A model generated the notes under the pieces. That model saw only the letters and a list, made by a program, of their open reading frames with translations. It searched no databases and was not told where the DNA came from. Of a stretch of 64,000 bases of DNA, positions 19,660 through 29,182 are shown one piece after another. The translations under genes and the position numbers were made by a program. The first letter of the stretch is position 1; each line of letters begins with the position of its first letter. Source of the stretch: Flavipsychrobacter sp. (GTDB taxonomy: Bacteria; Bacteroidota; Bacteroidia; Chitinophagales; Chitinophagaceae); NCBI GenBank assembly GCA_025963465.1, contig JAOQAP010000225.1, forward strand, positions 74-64,073. The letters are read 5' to 3'.

Positions 19660-21942
19660 ATGAAACGATCATTTTTTATACTGACGCTTGCTGCATATCT
19701 ATGCTGCGCGGCTACTACGCAGGCTGCTAATACATGGGTACCTGTAACTGCTTCGGAAGCCCCGCAGAATCTGCAGATCATGCATCCGAAGAATTTCCTG
19801 GTTTATCGTTTCAACAACGAGGAACAGCGGTTGCAACTATTCGCACTTTCTACCAGCCCATCAGAGGGTATGGTTATTTCTTTGCCCTTGCCAGATGGTA
19901 CTTTCAGGGATTTTAAAGTATGGCAGGCGCCTATGATGCCTGCCGACCTTGCAGCGCAATTTCCGGAGATCAGGACGTTTACAGCAGAGGCGGTAAACGA
20001 TCCGCGCGTAACAGCAAAGCTGGATTATACATTGTATGGCTTTCATGCAATGATATTTGATGGTGAAAACACTTCTTTTATCGATCCGTATGATAATTTC
20101 AGCGATGGCTATTATATGGTCCATTATAAAAGGGACGAGATCCGTGCTTACACAGACATGATGAAATGTGAGGTTCATAATTATGCAGAGCAGGGACCGG
20201 GTGGTGCAAGTACAACGATATTGTCTAAGCAACCCGAGAAAGCAGCAGCAAAAACCGTTAATGGCTATGACCTGCGTACCTACCGGCTTGCATTGTCTGC
20301 CGATCATTATTATTGCCAGAAAGCTACCGGGGTATCATCGCCTACTACAGCACAGGCGCTTGCCAAAATGACTACCACGATGAACAGGGTGAACGGTGTA
20401 TATGAGCGTGAATTTTCTGTTCATATGGATTTTGTTTCTGCAGAAACATCTATCATTTTTACTACTTCGACAGGTGATCCGTTTGATGCGATAGACACTG
20501 ACCCAAATGCATGCACCAATAAAAATCAGACCGTGTGTGATGGTACAATACTTAGTGCAAACTATGATATAGGCCATGTGTTCACAACAGGAGCCGGCGG
20601 CTTGTCTTCGTTTGGAGTAGTATGCAAGACGGGCAGGAAAGCGCAAAGTGTGACCGGTAGCTCAACACCAACCGGTGATGGTTTTGATATAGATTTTGTG
20701 GCTCACGAAATGGGGCATGAATTCGCAGGAGCGCATACTTTTAATAATGGCACAGATGGCAGCTGCGGCGGCGATAACCGTAGCCAGCCTACAGCTTATG
20801 AGCCGGGCAGCGGATCGACCATCATGGCCTACGCAGGTATTTGCACTCCTGATAATATACAGTCGCACAGCGATCCGTATTTTCATGCGGCTAATCTGGC
20901 ACAAATGCAGGCATACCTTACTGGCAGCGGTAATGCATGTGCTGTAAAAACACCTACAGGAAACAAGCTGGTTGGTTACTCTCCTTTTGCTGCAACCTAT
21001 TCTATTCCTTATCTTACTCCGTTTGAACTTACTGCACCGGTGCTTACAGACTCGGTAGCCGATTCTGTTGTGCTATATGACTGGGAAGAGTTCGACCAGG
21101 GTATTAATGATGTGAATAACGAAGGAACGACTTTTGCAGCTACGCATGATATAGGTCCGTTGTTTCGTTCTTTCAGCCCTACCACATCTGCTACACGTGT
21201 TTTCCCCAGGATGAGTATAGTATTGGTGGGAGTACTAAGCAGTGGTGGTGAAAAAGTGCCGGATGTAGCAAGAACCCTGAATTTCAAGTGCACATTCCGT
21301 GATATTATCAATAATCATGGCTGCATTACTATACCGGATGATAAGATAACATTGAATGCTATCAATACAGGGGCAGGGTTTAAGGTAACCAGTCAGAATG
21401 CAACAGGTATCAGCTATACAGGTGGCAGCACACAAATCATTACATGGGATGTAGTATCCACAAATGTTGCGCCGATCAATGCTGCTAACGTTGATATATT
21501 TCTGTCTACAGATGGCGGTACAACGTGGCCGTATACGGTAGGCACCTACCCGAATACCGGCTCAGCCACTGTTATTGTTCCTAATCCTCCTACTACATCT
21601 ACTGCCCGCTTTAAAGTGAAGGGTGCAGGAAATGTGTTCTTCAATGTTAACGGCAAGAGTTTTAAGATAAACAATAATTCAGACCTGGTGGGTGTAAAAC
21701 AGGTTAATGTTACAGCAAATGACGCGGCAATATTTCCTGTGCCTGTAAGCAATGTACTGCATGTTGTGTCTGCCGGAACGCAGAAAATGGAGGTGTATAA
21801 TCTTGTAGGTCAGCAGGTATGGAATGGGAGTATGAATAAGACGATGGATATACCTGTAGCTGAATGGGCAAAAGGCATGTATTACATACGATTAACCGAT
21901 AGTAATAATCAAAGCGTGGTCAAGAAATTCGTGGTAGAATAA
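19660..21942 (+). CDS. reprolysin-like zinc metalloprotease with T9SS type A C-terminal domain, paralog 2 of 2
   Basis: 760 aa, collinear with the upstream paralog. HEMGHEFAGAH and EPGSGSTIMAYAGIC. C-terminal FPVPVSNVLHV...GMYYIRLTDSNNQSVVKKFVVE. Confidence 0.85.
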   Translation: MKRSFFILTLAAYLCCAATTQAANTWVPVTASEAPQNLQIMHPKNFLVYRFNNEEQRLQLFALSTSPSEGMVISLPLPDGTFRDFKVWQAPMMPADLAAQFPEIRTFTAEAVNDPRVTAKLDYTLYGFHAMIFDGENTSFIDPYDNFSDGYYMVHYKRDEIRAYTDMMKCEVHNYAEQGPGGASTTILSKQPEKAAAKTVNGYDLRTYRLALSADHYYCQKATGVSSPTTAQALAKMTTTMNRVNGVYEREFSVHMDFVSAETSIIFTTSTGDPFDAIDTDPNACTNKNQTVCDGTILSANYDIGHVFTTGAGGLSSFGVVCKTGRKAQSVTGSSTPTGDGFDIDFVAHEMGHEFAGAHTFNNGTDGSCGGDNRSQPTAYEPGSGSTIMAYAGICTPDNIQSHSDPYFHAANLAQMQAYLTGSGNACAVKTPTGNKLVGYSPFAATYSIPYLTPFELTAPVLTDSVADSVVLYDWEEFDQGINDVNNEGTTFAATHDIGPLFRSFSPTTSATRVFPRMSIVLVGVLSSGGEKVPDVARTLNFKCTFRDIINNHGCITIPDDKITLNAINTGAGFKVTSQNATGISYTGGSTQIITWDVVSTNVAPINAANVDIFLSTDGGTTWPYTVGTYPNTGSATVIVPNPPTTSTARFKVKGAGNVFFNVNGKSFKINNNSDLVGVKQVNVTANDAAIFPVPVSNVLHVVSAGTQKMEVYNLVGQQVWNGSMNKTMDIPVAEWAKGMYYIRLTDSNNQSVVKKFVVE

Positions 21943-21967
21943 TATCAGTCAATTAAATTCTTTTGAA

Positions 21968-22000
21968 AGGGACGGACTAATTGTCTGTCTCTTTTTCTTT
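21968..22000 (+). terminator. rho-independent terminator for the metalloprotease gene
   Basis: AGGGACGGAC-TAATT-GTCTGTCTCT (10-bp stem including 2 G-U pairs) followed by TTTTTCTTTT. It overlaps the 3' end of the convergent gene. Confidence 0.55.
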
Positions 22001-22909
22001 TAGGATAGCGGTGACAGCAGCAGTAATGTCCGGGTAGTTAAATGTAAAGCCTGTACTCAATGTTCGGGCAGCACTTACGGTACAGCTTTTCAGTACTTCT
22101 TCGCTTAGTTCTCCCAATGCTGCTTTCAGCAGGAATGCAGGTACAGGAACCGGTATCTTTATTCCGCCTTTTATCTTTGAAATGGTTTTCATTAGTTGCC
22201 TGTTAGTAACAGGGTTAGGTGTAACAGCATTAAAGGTGCCGGAAATCTGCTGCTGTTCCAGTGCAAACAAGATAAGCCGTGCAAGATCATCAACCTCTAT
22301 CCAGCTGATGACCTGGTTGCCGCTGCCAAGTATTGGTACGACTCCAAAAGAAGTTGGATTGGCAAACTGTGGAAAAGCGCCACTTTCCTCACCTAATACG
22401 ATGCCAAAGCGAAGGATGGTTGTTCGCAGGAATGATGATGCCTTACTACTGGCCGCTTCCCATTTCTGGCAGGTTGTGCCCAGGAAGTCATTGGCCGGAG
22501 GCGCTGCTTCTGTAAAAGCAGCTATGCCGGGAACATCAGCGCCATAGATGCCGGTTGCTGATGCTGCTACCATAGTTTTGCAGTTGGGAGCATGTTCTTT
22601 CAGCTTTGATATGAGGAATTCTGTTCCTTCTACCCTGCTGTCGACTATCTCTTTTTTTCGTTTTTCAGTCAATCGTTTATCTGCTATGCCGGCACCCGCA
22701 AGATGTACTACGGCATCCAGTTGTTTGAGGCCGTTTATGTCGCAGGCTCCCAGGTCTTCATCCCAATGAGCATAGGTGATAGGAGGCTTTGAAGTGGCTT
22801 TGGGGAGGTGACGGGTGAAAATGACCACTTTATATCCTTTACTCACAAGCAAAGAGGTTAAATGCGTACCTACGAAGCCGGTTCCCCCTGTTATCCCTAT
22901 TGTGCTCAT
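21977..22909 (-). CDS. TIGR01777-type NAD-dependent epimerase/dehydratase family protein (YfcH-like)
   Basis: N-terminal GITGGTGFVGTHL Rossmann motif, 310 aa, C-terminal DUF1731-like tail. Confidence 0.75.
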   Translation of the reverse strand: MSTIGITGGTGFVGTHLTSLLVSKGYKVVIFTRHLPKATSKPPITYAHWDEDLGACDINGLKQLDAVVHLAGAGIADKRLTEKRKKEIVDSRVEGTEFLISKLKEHAPNCKTMVAASATGIYGADVPGIAAFTEAAPPANDFLGTTCQKWEAASSKASSFLRTTILRFGIVLGEESGAFPQFANPTSFGVVPILGSGNQVISWIEVDDLARLILFALEQQQISGTFNAVTPNPVTNRQLMKTISKIKGGIKIPVPVPAFLLKAALGELSEEVLKSCTVSAARTLSTGFTFNYPDITAAVTAILKEKETDN

Positions 22910-23045
22910 GAAAAATGATTTGAAAGCGTGAATGTATGAATGAATATTCTATTTAATCGACAATCGTCTATGCTTTAACATTTATTTTCATTCCTGATAC
23001 AATAATTGAAAGCCTTTCGACGTTTTTTCTAAAACCACAAATTCA

Positions 23046-23243
23046 ATGGACAAAACTTTACATAAGAAACTTATTGAAAAAAACCATTCCAGCTATATGC
23101 ACCTGCAGGCGTTCCCTGCGGAAGAAGCCTTGTTGTACGGGCATGCGCATGAAATGAGGATACTGGCAGCAGCTGCAAAAGACCTGATGCAGCCGAGGCC
23201 GGAAGCAATAGCGAGATTGCTGCAGCTGGCAAAAAATATATAG
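23046..23243 (+). CDS. hypothetical small protein
   Basis: 65-aa ORF occupying an otherwise empty 380-nt gap. No recognisable motif. Confidence 0.3.
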   Translation: MDKTLHKKLIEKNHSSYMHLQAFPAEEALLYGHAHEMRILAAAAKDLMQPRPEAIARLLQLAKNI

Positions 23244-23288
23244 TGCAATTAGTGTGAGAGGTGTTTAAAAACAGGAGGCAGTAAGCAA

Positions 23289-24353
23289 TTATTGCCCATC
23301 CTGTTTTTCCTTCCATTCGTCGCGATGTTTGCGGAGCGGGTGTTGTTTTGATTTATTAAATACCATCATCCCGTTTTCACGACCGGCACGGCGTTCCCGC
23401 TGTTCATCGGCAGGCAGGTTCTTTTCTGTCATACAGTCCTGGCTGCAGCAGCCTTCATATTTAGCGGCACAGTCGGCACACTGAATGAACAGCAGGTGAC
23501 AGCCATCATTCATACAGTTGGTGTGTGTATCGCATGGTTTGCCGCACTGGTGACATTCGGAGATAATGTCCTCCGTAATACGCTCTCCCAGCCGTTCGTC
23601 AAACACGAAATTCTTGCCCTTGAATTTTAATGGCAATCCTTCTTCATTTGCTTTGCGGGCGTATTCGATAATGCCGCCCTCTACGTGAAAAACGTTCTCA
23701 AAGCCATTGTATAACATATAAGCACTCGCTTTTTCGCAGCGTATGCCGCCGGTGCAATACATGATGATGTTCTTGTCTTTTTTATCTTTCAGCATTTCCA
23801 CCGCCATAGGCAGCTGATCGCGGAAAGTATCTGACGGCACTTCTATCGCGTTTTCAAAATGGCCCACCTCGTACTCATAATGATTGCGCATGTCCACAAT
23901 AATGGTATCAGGCTGCGCTGATAATTCATTGTATTCTTTGGCTTTCAGGTACTTACCCGTTTTGCCAGGGTCGAAATTCGGGTCGTCAATACCATCAGCA
24001 ACTATCTTCGGGCGTACTTTCATACGTAGTGCCCAGAAAGACTTACCGTCATCGTCTACTGCTATGTTCAGTCTTATGCCATTAAGGTCAGGTGCAGCAG
24101 CATAGAGCGTTTCTTTGAACGCCTCAAAATTTGATGCAGGTACACTCATCTGCCCATTAATACCCTCGTGAGCAATATAGATACGCCCGAAAACCTTCAG
24201 GTTATTGAATTTGACGTAGAGGTCGTTGCGGAATACAGCAGGATCTGCTATAGAGAAATACCTGTAAAAGGAAACTGTAGTGCGTGGCTCAGTCTCGGCC
24301 AGCATCATTTTTTTCAGTTCCTCATTATTTACGCGGTTGTGTAGCACTGGCAT
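23289..24353 (-). CDS. trhO: rhodanese-domain tRNA uridine(34) hydroxylase (UPF0176/YceA family)
   Basis: Family-typical FYRY...[14 protein letters not shown]-terminal region. Rhodanese active-site loop [11 protein letters not shown]. Cys-rich C-terminal tail. Confidence 0.8.
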   Translation of the reverse strand: MPVLHNRVNNEELKKMMLAETEPRTTVSFYRYFSIADPAVFRNDLYVKFNNLKVFGRIYIAHEGINGQMSVPASNFEAFKETLYAAAPDLNGIRLNIAVDDDGKSFWALRMKVRPKIVADGIDDPNFDPGKTGKYLKAKEYNELSAQPDTIIVDMRNHYEYEVGHFENAIEVPSDTFRDQLPMAVEMLKDKKDKNIIMYCTGGIRCEKASAYMLYNGFENVFHVEGGIIEYARKANEEGLPLKFKGKNFVFDERLGERITEDIISECHQCGKPCDTHTNCMNDGCHLLFIQCADCAAKYEGCCSQDCMTEKNLPADEQRERRAGRENGMMVFNKSKQHPLRKHRDEWKEKQDGQ

Positions 24354-24385
24354 GGTGTACCTTCTTTGTTTTTATTGAGAAAGTG

Positions 24386-24393
24386 CAAAGGTA
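24386..24393 (-). promoter_or_regulatory. candidate -7 promoter box TACCTTTG for trhO
   Basis: Exact TAnnTTTG match, 32 nt upstream of the ATG at 24353. Confidence 0.4.
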
Positions 24394-24471
24394 GGTATCT
24401 GCGGCATTTTTAATGCTGATATATATCAGGATTTACGGGAAATAGTAGCTTTATGTGACAATCTAACAAAC

Positions 24472-24678
24472 ATGAAAGCAGATTACTGGAATGTAGAAGA
24501 CGACCAGGTAATAGAGAAAACAGGCAAGAAAATAACCGAGTGGATGGCCATACTTGACAAATTCAAGGCCGCAGACAAGAAAAGTAACGAGGTGGTTGCC
24601 TATCTGCAAAATGACCATGCTGTACCCAGATATTGGGCAAGAACGCTGACCACACGTTACCTGAAAGAAAAGGAGTAA
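24472..24678 (+). CDS. hypothetical small protein
   Basis: 68-aa ORF in an intergenic slot. No motif recognised. Confidence 0.45.
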   Translation: MKADYWNVEDDQVIEKTGKKITEWMAILDKFKAADKKSNEVVAYLQNDHAVPRYWARTLTTRYLKEKE

Positions 24679-24750
24679 GCGGGAACAGTGCTATTGATTG
24701 TGTATTTTTGATGCCTTAATACTTACCCATTGCCTACAGAAAAACTGATC

Positions 24751-25677
24751 ATGTTCGAGAACCGCCTGCTGAAGGTGTATAAGCACTTTAGCAAGATTGC
24801 CAAACGCCAGGAGGTGGCATGTTACCGTTTTTACGATCACGATCTGCCGGAATTTCCGTTTGCAATAGACTGGTACAATGGGGTGGTGCATGCTGCAGAA
24901 TACAAACGCAGGCACGGCATGGAGGACGAAGAGCATGCTGTATGGCTGCAAAGCTGTAAAGAGGTGCTTGTAAGAGTGCTGGAGATACAGCCGGAGAACA
25001 TATTTATGAAGGTGCGCCAGCGAAAAGCGGGCAGGCAGGGCCAGTATGAAAAATTTGACGAAGAAAAGGAAGAGCGTATAGTGCCTGAGGGCGGGCTGAA
25101 TTTCATCATTAATCTTACAGATTACCTTGATACCGGGCTGTTCCTGGACCACAGGATAACAAGGAATATGGTGCGGGAAGAAGCCAAAGGGCTCAATGTG
25201 CTGAACCTGTTCTGCTACACAGGCTCATTCAGCGTGTATGCTGCAGATGGCGGGGCAAGTAGTATTACCTCTGTAGATCTGTCTAAAACCTACCTGAACT
25301 GGGCAAAGCGCAATATGCAGTACAATAAGCTATATAAGGACACCCAACACGATTTTGTGCATGGAGATGTGATGGAATGGCTGGACTATATGCCTGCCAA
25401 TGCCTATGACCTTATCGTGTGTGATCCTCCCACTTTTTCCAACAGCAAACGCATGGAGGATAATTTTGATGTGCAGCGCGACCATGTCTTCCTGCTGAAA
25501 AAGCTGCTTAAAGGCTGTACCGATGGCGGGAAGATATATTTTAGTAATAACTACCGTGATTTTGTACTGGAGCGGGATAGTATACCCGCTTTGACTGTAA
25601 AAGACATTACCGGCCAAACTACGCCTTTCGACTTCCAGGGGAAACTGAATAGGAAGTGTTATATGATTGAAAAGTAG
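24751..25677 (+). CDS. class I SAM-dependent methyltransferase, RlmK/RlmI-like (probable rRNA methyltransferase)
   Basis: LNLFCYTGSFSVYAADGGA (SAM-binding motif I) and DLIVCDPPTFSNSK (DPPxF catalytic motif). ATG 24751 preferred over the TTG at 24730. Confidence 0.7.
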   Translation: MFENRLLKVYKHFSKIAKRQEVACYRFYDHDLPEFPFAIDWYNGVVHAAEYKRRHGMEDEEHAVWLQSCKEVLVRVLEIQPENIFMKVRQRKAGRQGQYEKFDEEKEERIVPEGGLNFIINLTDYLDTGLFLDHRITRNMVREEAKGLNVLNLFCYTGSFSVYAADGGASSITSVDLSKTYLNWAKRNMQYNKLYKDTQHDFVHGDVMEWLDYMPANAYDLIVCDPPTFSNSKRMEDNFDVQRDHVFLLKKLLKGCTDGGKIYFSNNYRDFVLERDSIPALTVKDITGQTTPFDFQGKLNRKCYMIEK

Positions 25678-25700
25678 CAAATGTCATTTATCTTTATTTT

Positions 25701-26255
25701 ATGCGACAATTCTTAATGTTTATTTTCTTTATTGCTCTGTCAACTATAGGAATATGCCAAACAAAACCACAATACGTTAACAGCGCAAGAGAAAAGATAA
25801 AGAACAAGTCGTGGGAGTGTGTGAAGGCGTGTATAAATGGCGACTGCCACACTGCAAAGAATAAGGAACATTACATAACTTACTTAGACGAGGCAGATGA
25901 ACATTGGTTGGGAGAAAAATATAGAGGACTATATAGATATAGTACTGTCATGAAACATGACTACACAATAGACAGTTCTAATAAGTATAAGACAGACTTA
26001 GGGACAGATAAGCCGGCATGGTTGTTCATTGATTCGATTACAAGCAGGCCAGGGGAATATTTTTTTGTTAATAGAAGCCCAGTGCCAGCTGATGATGAGT
26101 ATGATATGGATCACATCATAGAAATATCTTTTTTGTCGGATACTGAATTTGTTAGTTCATATGTAGACGGTATGGGATGGTACAGAAAGGGATATTATAA
26201 ATTATGTAACACCAGACCTGAGTTCTATAAAGACCAACATGTAACCCCACGTTGA
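25701..26255 (+). CDS. secreted hypothetical protein (distant paralog of 34624-35139)
   Basis: 184 aa with a signal peptide ending ...GICQ. Shares EKI..K.W...K.C.N..C and SF(L/I)SD(T/S)EFV motifs with the 34624-35139 product. Confidence 0.6.
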   Translation: MRQFLMFIFFIALSTIGICQTKPQYVNSAREKIKNKSWECVKACINGDCHTAKNKEHYITYLDEADEHWLGEKYRGLYRYSTVMKHDYTIDSSNKYKTDLGTDKPAWLFIDSITSRPGEYFFVNRSPVPADDEYDMDHIIEISFLSDTEFVSSYVDGMGWYRKGYYKLCNTRPEFYKDQHVTPR

Positions 26256-26398
26256 TTCGCGAGATCTGTCATTCCATTTTAACCAAAAGCAATAATACCT
26301 CTGAAATTCGTTAATTTTATACACAATGGGGAAAAATACCCAACCCTTTAGAGGATGACACAGTCTATTATATTGTTTTGTATAAATAACCGACATAC

Positions 26399-26974
26399 TT
26401 GTCTGTAGCTTTGGCATATACCGTACCGGGTCAAACCAGTGAGTTGGAAACACTCATTAACGGATGCATGCGTAATGAGCGCAGTGCACAGGAGAAGTTA
26501 TACCGCCTTTTTTATCCCAGGATGATGGCGGTGGTGAAAAGATACATAGATCATGATGAGCAGGCAGAAGAGGTATTGAACAACGGATATTTAAGGGCAT
26601 TTCAGAAGATAGGGCAGTATAATTTCCAGGGTTCTTTCGAAGGTTGGCTGAGAAAAATAGTATTTCATGCGGTAGCAGACTATGTGAAGCAAAACACAAA
26701 GTATTCTAACCAGATATTACTAATAGAGAAAGACCAGCAGGTAGAGAATACCCACGCAGAGAAACTTTACTACGACCAGCTGTTGAAACTGGTGCAGGAA
26801 CTGCCGGATGCCACACGTAATGTGTTCAATATGTATGTGATGGAAGGATTTACACACAGGGAGATAAGCGAGATAGTAGGAATAAGTGAGGGGACATCGA
26901 AGTGGCACTTGTCTGAAGGACGAAAAATATTGAAAGAGAAGATAGAACGACTGGAATTGCATTTGAAAATATAA
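26399..26974 (+). CDS. ECF-type RNA polymerase sigma-70 family factor
   Basis: Region 2 (RSAQEKLYRLFYPRMMAVVKRY...AEEVLNNGYLRAFQKI) and region 4 HTH (FNMYVMEGFTHREISEIVGISEGTSKWHLSEGRKIL). The only in-frame start before region 2 is the TTG at 26399. Confidence 0.85.
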   Translation: MSVALAYTVPGQTSELETLINGCMRNERSAQEKLYRLFYPRMMAVVKRYIDHDEQAEEVLNNGYLRAFQKIGQYNFQGSFEGWLRKIVFHAVADYVKQNTKYSNQILLIEKDQQVENTHAEKLYYDQLLKLVQELPDATRNVFNMYVMEGFTHREISEIVGISEGTSKWHLSEGRKILKEKIERLELHLKI

Positions 26975-27039
26975 GACCGGAATAAGCGTTATAGAAGAAG
27001 CAATAGTAAAAACATTTTTAAAAATATAAATTTATCCAC

Positions 27040-29112
27040 ATGGATAAAAATTTCATTAACATCGATGACCTGGTCAGGCAGCGATTAGGAGGGGGAGAGG
27101 AGCAGGAGCAGGCAGGTTCCTGGGGGCGTATGCGTGACTTACTGGACAAGGAAATGCCACAGAAGAAGCCAGCCGGTATGTACTGGCGCCGCTCGCTGAG
27201 CGCTATAGCATTGCTGCTGTTTGTGGCAGGTGCAAGCGTAGGCGGGTACATGATGGCCAACAAAAAAACCGCACCCGGAATGACCACCGGCGACCTGGCA
27301 TCTGCTACTATAAATAACAACCATAATACTGCTGCTAATACAGGTAATAATATTGCTACAGAACCAGCTAAAAACAACGTACTATCAGCTAATACTACAA
27401 CAGCAAGCGAAAACAAGAATTTACATGTAGCTGCTACCGCTAAGCAAATAGAAGATGCAGACGCTAAGCCATATGCGATCAGCAATGAGGTAGTGAAAGA
27501 AAAGAAACAGCATAAAGCGCCTGTAACTGTGGCCAATGCCAACAGTAAACCATCTGTTACACATAGAAATATTGCTGTAGCTAAAAATGATGCTACTAAG
27601 AAAGACGGCCAGCTTGCAGCTACGGAACCAAAAACTTTGCAGGAGAAAACAGCTAAAAGAGCTGCTGCAGTTCATGAAAAGATATCAGCGCCAACTAAAA
27701 GCGTAGCAGGTGTTGCAGATAAGAAGAACAATACAGACAACAGCAACATACCGGCCACTGATAGCAAAGAAACAATGGGTGCTATGGCGCTTGGTAGTAA
27801 TATGCCATCAAGCACTCCATCGGTTAAATCAACTGCCGGTGTAACCCATAAAACGGCTAATACTCATAAAAAAGCATCGCACGATAAGGTGGCTGCAAAT
27901 GGTGATAATAAAACTGCACCTGTAGCAAAAAGCAAAGCAGCTACAAATGCACCTGTAGCAGATGCCGACAATAACAGTGCAGATGAGCAAACTGCGATTG
28001 CACATAAAAACAACAAACGGACTGCAGCAAAAACAGTAGCGACCGCAAACGTTCCTAAACATAAAACAGCTGCAATGCCTGCGAATGTTGCTACAATGCC
28101 ACTGGCAAGTGCCGCGCCAACTGCAAATAATACTACTGCTAAAACAGCATCGCTGAAGCCTACGCATAAAGCACAAAGACAAGTACAGAGACTTGTGCTG
28201 ACACAGCGTATGGTGCGAGTGTCACCTACAGAAGTGAAGTATATACTGGATACTATATCACTGGAAAATGCTACTGAGGAGTATGACCTGGTTTCAGCTC
28301 CGGTATATGGCCCGCAGACATACGAAAAATACATCAACAGCATTGATGAGACAAGCACAGTGGCTGTGGCGAAAGAAAATCATGTAAAGAAAGCAAAAGG
28401 AACAAGCTCTATCGAGAACCTGAGCGCTGCATTTAACGACATGAAGACCAAGGTAAAGGGTGCAAATTTTGCAACAGGCCTTACTGCAGGTATCAACGGT
28501 ACATTCTTTGGGCCTAACAGCTTTAAGGGCTTCCAGTTCGGGGCTACGGGTACATTCACTTTCAGCGAAACACTGGCTATCATGGGTGAGCTGAAGTACT
28601 TCCACCGTATCAACAGCGATTATACGCTGAACGATAACTACTACACTTATACGCCATCAGCTGCAGGAGGTTATACAAGAGTAATGGTGAATAATCCTTA
28701 CAGCTTCTCTACGCTGCACAGCATAGAGTTGCCAATATCGGTGAGGTATTGCACCGGTAATTTCAACTTCTTCTTCGGTGGTAATGTTGAGTATTCATTC
28801 GCTATCAACACAGGTGCTTACCCGCTGGCTGACCAGACAACAATGACACAGGTAGCCACCATAGGCAATGACAATACACCTAAGATACAGAACGATGACT
28901 TTAGCTCACGCTTTGGTTTTGGCTACTTGGTAGGCGCATCTTACAGGGTGAATCCAAATGTAATGATCGACTTCCGCAGCGTGCAGAATACATGGGACAA
29001 CAGCAAGACCCAGGGTGCCAAAATAATTTCCAGCCAGTTATACAGGAGCCCATCTTTACAATTATCAGTAGGGTATCGCCTGGGTGGTCATAAAGAAAGG
29101 AACAAAGACTAA
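27040..29112 (+). CDS. membrane-anchored protein: short N-terminal segment, one TM helix, ~400-aa A/T/K/N-rich linker, C-terminal outer-membrane beta-barrel-like domain (possible anti-sigma partner)
   Basis: 690 aa, starting 65 nt after the sigma factor gene. TM helix SLSAIALLLFVAGASVGGYMM at about aa 52-72. The last ~220 aa have alternating aromatic/glycine beta-strand patterns (GLTAGINGTFFG...FGFGYLVGASYRV...LQLSVGYRLG) like OMP_b-brl/PorT-type barrels. Confidence 0.75.
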   Translation: MDKNFINIDDLVRQRLGGGEEQEQAGSWGRMRDLLDKEMPQKKPAGMYWRRSLSAIALLLFVAGASVGGYMMANKKTAPGMTTGDLASATINNNHNTAANTGNNIATEPAKNNVLSANTTTASENKNLHVAATAKQIEDADAKPYAISNEVVKEKKQHKAPVTVANANSKPSVTHRNIAVAKNDATKKDGQLAATEPKTLQEKTAKRAAAVHEKISAPTKSVAGVADKKNNTDNSNIPATDSKETMGAMALGSNMPSSTPSVKSTAGVTHKTANTHKKASHDKVAANGDNKTAPVAKSKAATNAPVADADNNSADEQTAIAHKNNKRTAAKTVATANVPKHKTAAMPANVATMPLASAAPTANNTTAKTASLKPTHKAQRQVQRLVLTQRMVRVSPTEVKYILDTISLENATEEYDLVSAPVYGPQTYEKYINSIDETSTVAVAKENHVKKAKGTSSIENLSAAFNDMKTKVKGANFATGLTAGINGTFFGPNSFKGFQFGATGTFTFSETLAIMGELKYFHRINSDYTLNDNYYTYTPSAAGGYTRVMVNNPYSFSTLHSIELPISVRYCTGNFNFFFGGNVEYSFAINTGAYPLADQTTMTQVATIGNDNTPKIQNDDFSSRFGFGYLVGASYRVNPNVMIDFRSVQNTWDNSKTQGAKIISSQLYRSPSLQLSVGYRLGGHKERNKD

Positions 29113-29137
29113 ATGATAGTTTGCTTATAATATATAA

Positions 29138-29175
29138 CCCCTGAAAGTTTATGCTTTCAGGGGTTTTTCTTTTTG
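29138..29175 (+). terminator. rho-independent terminator
   Basis: CCCCTGAAAG-TTTATG-CTTTCAGGGG followed by TTTTTCTTTTT, 26 nt after the stop at 29112. Confidence 0.85.
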
Positions 29176-29182
29176 AGTGGTT

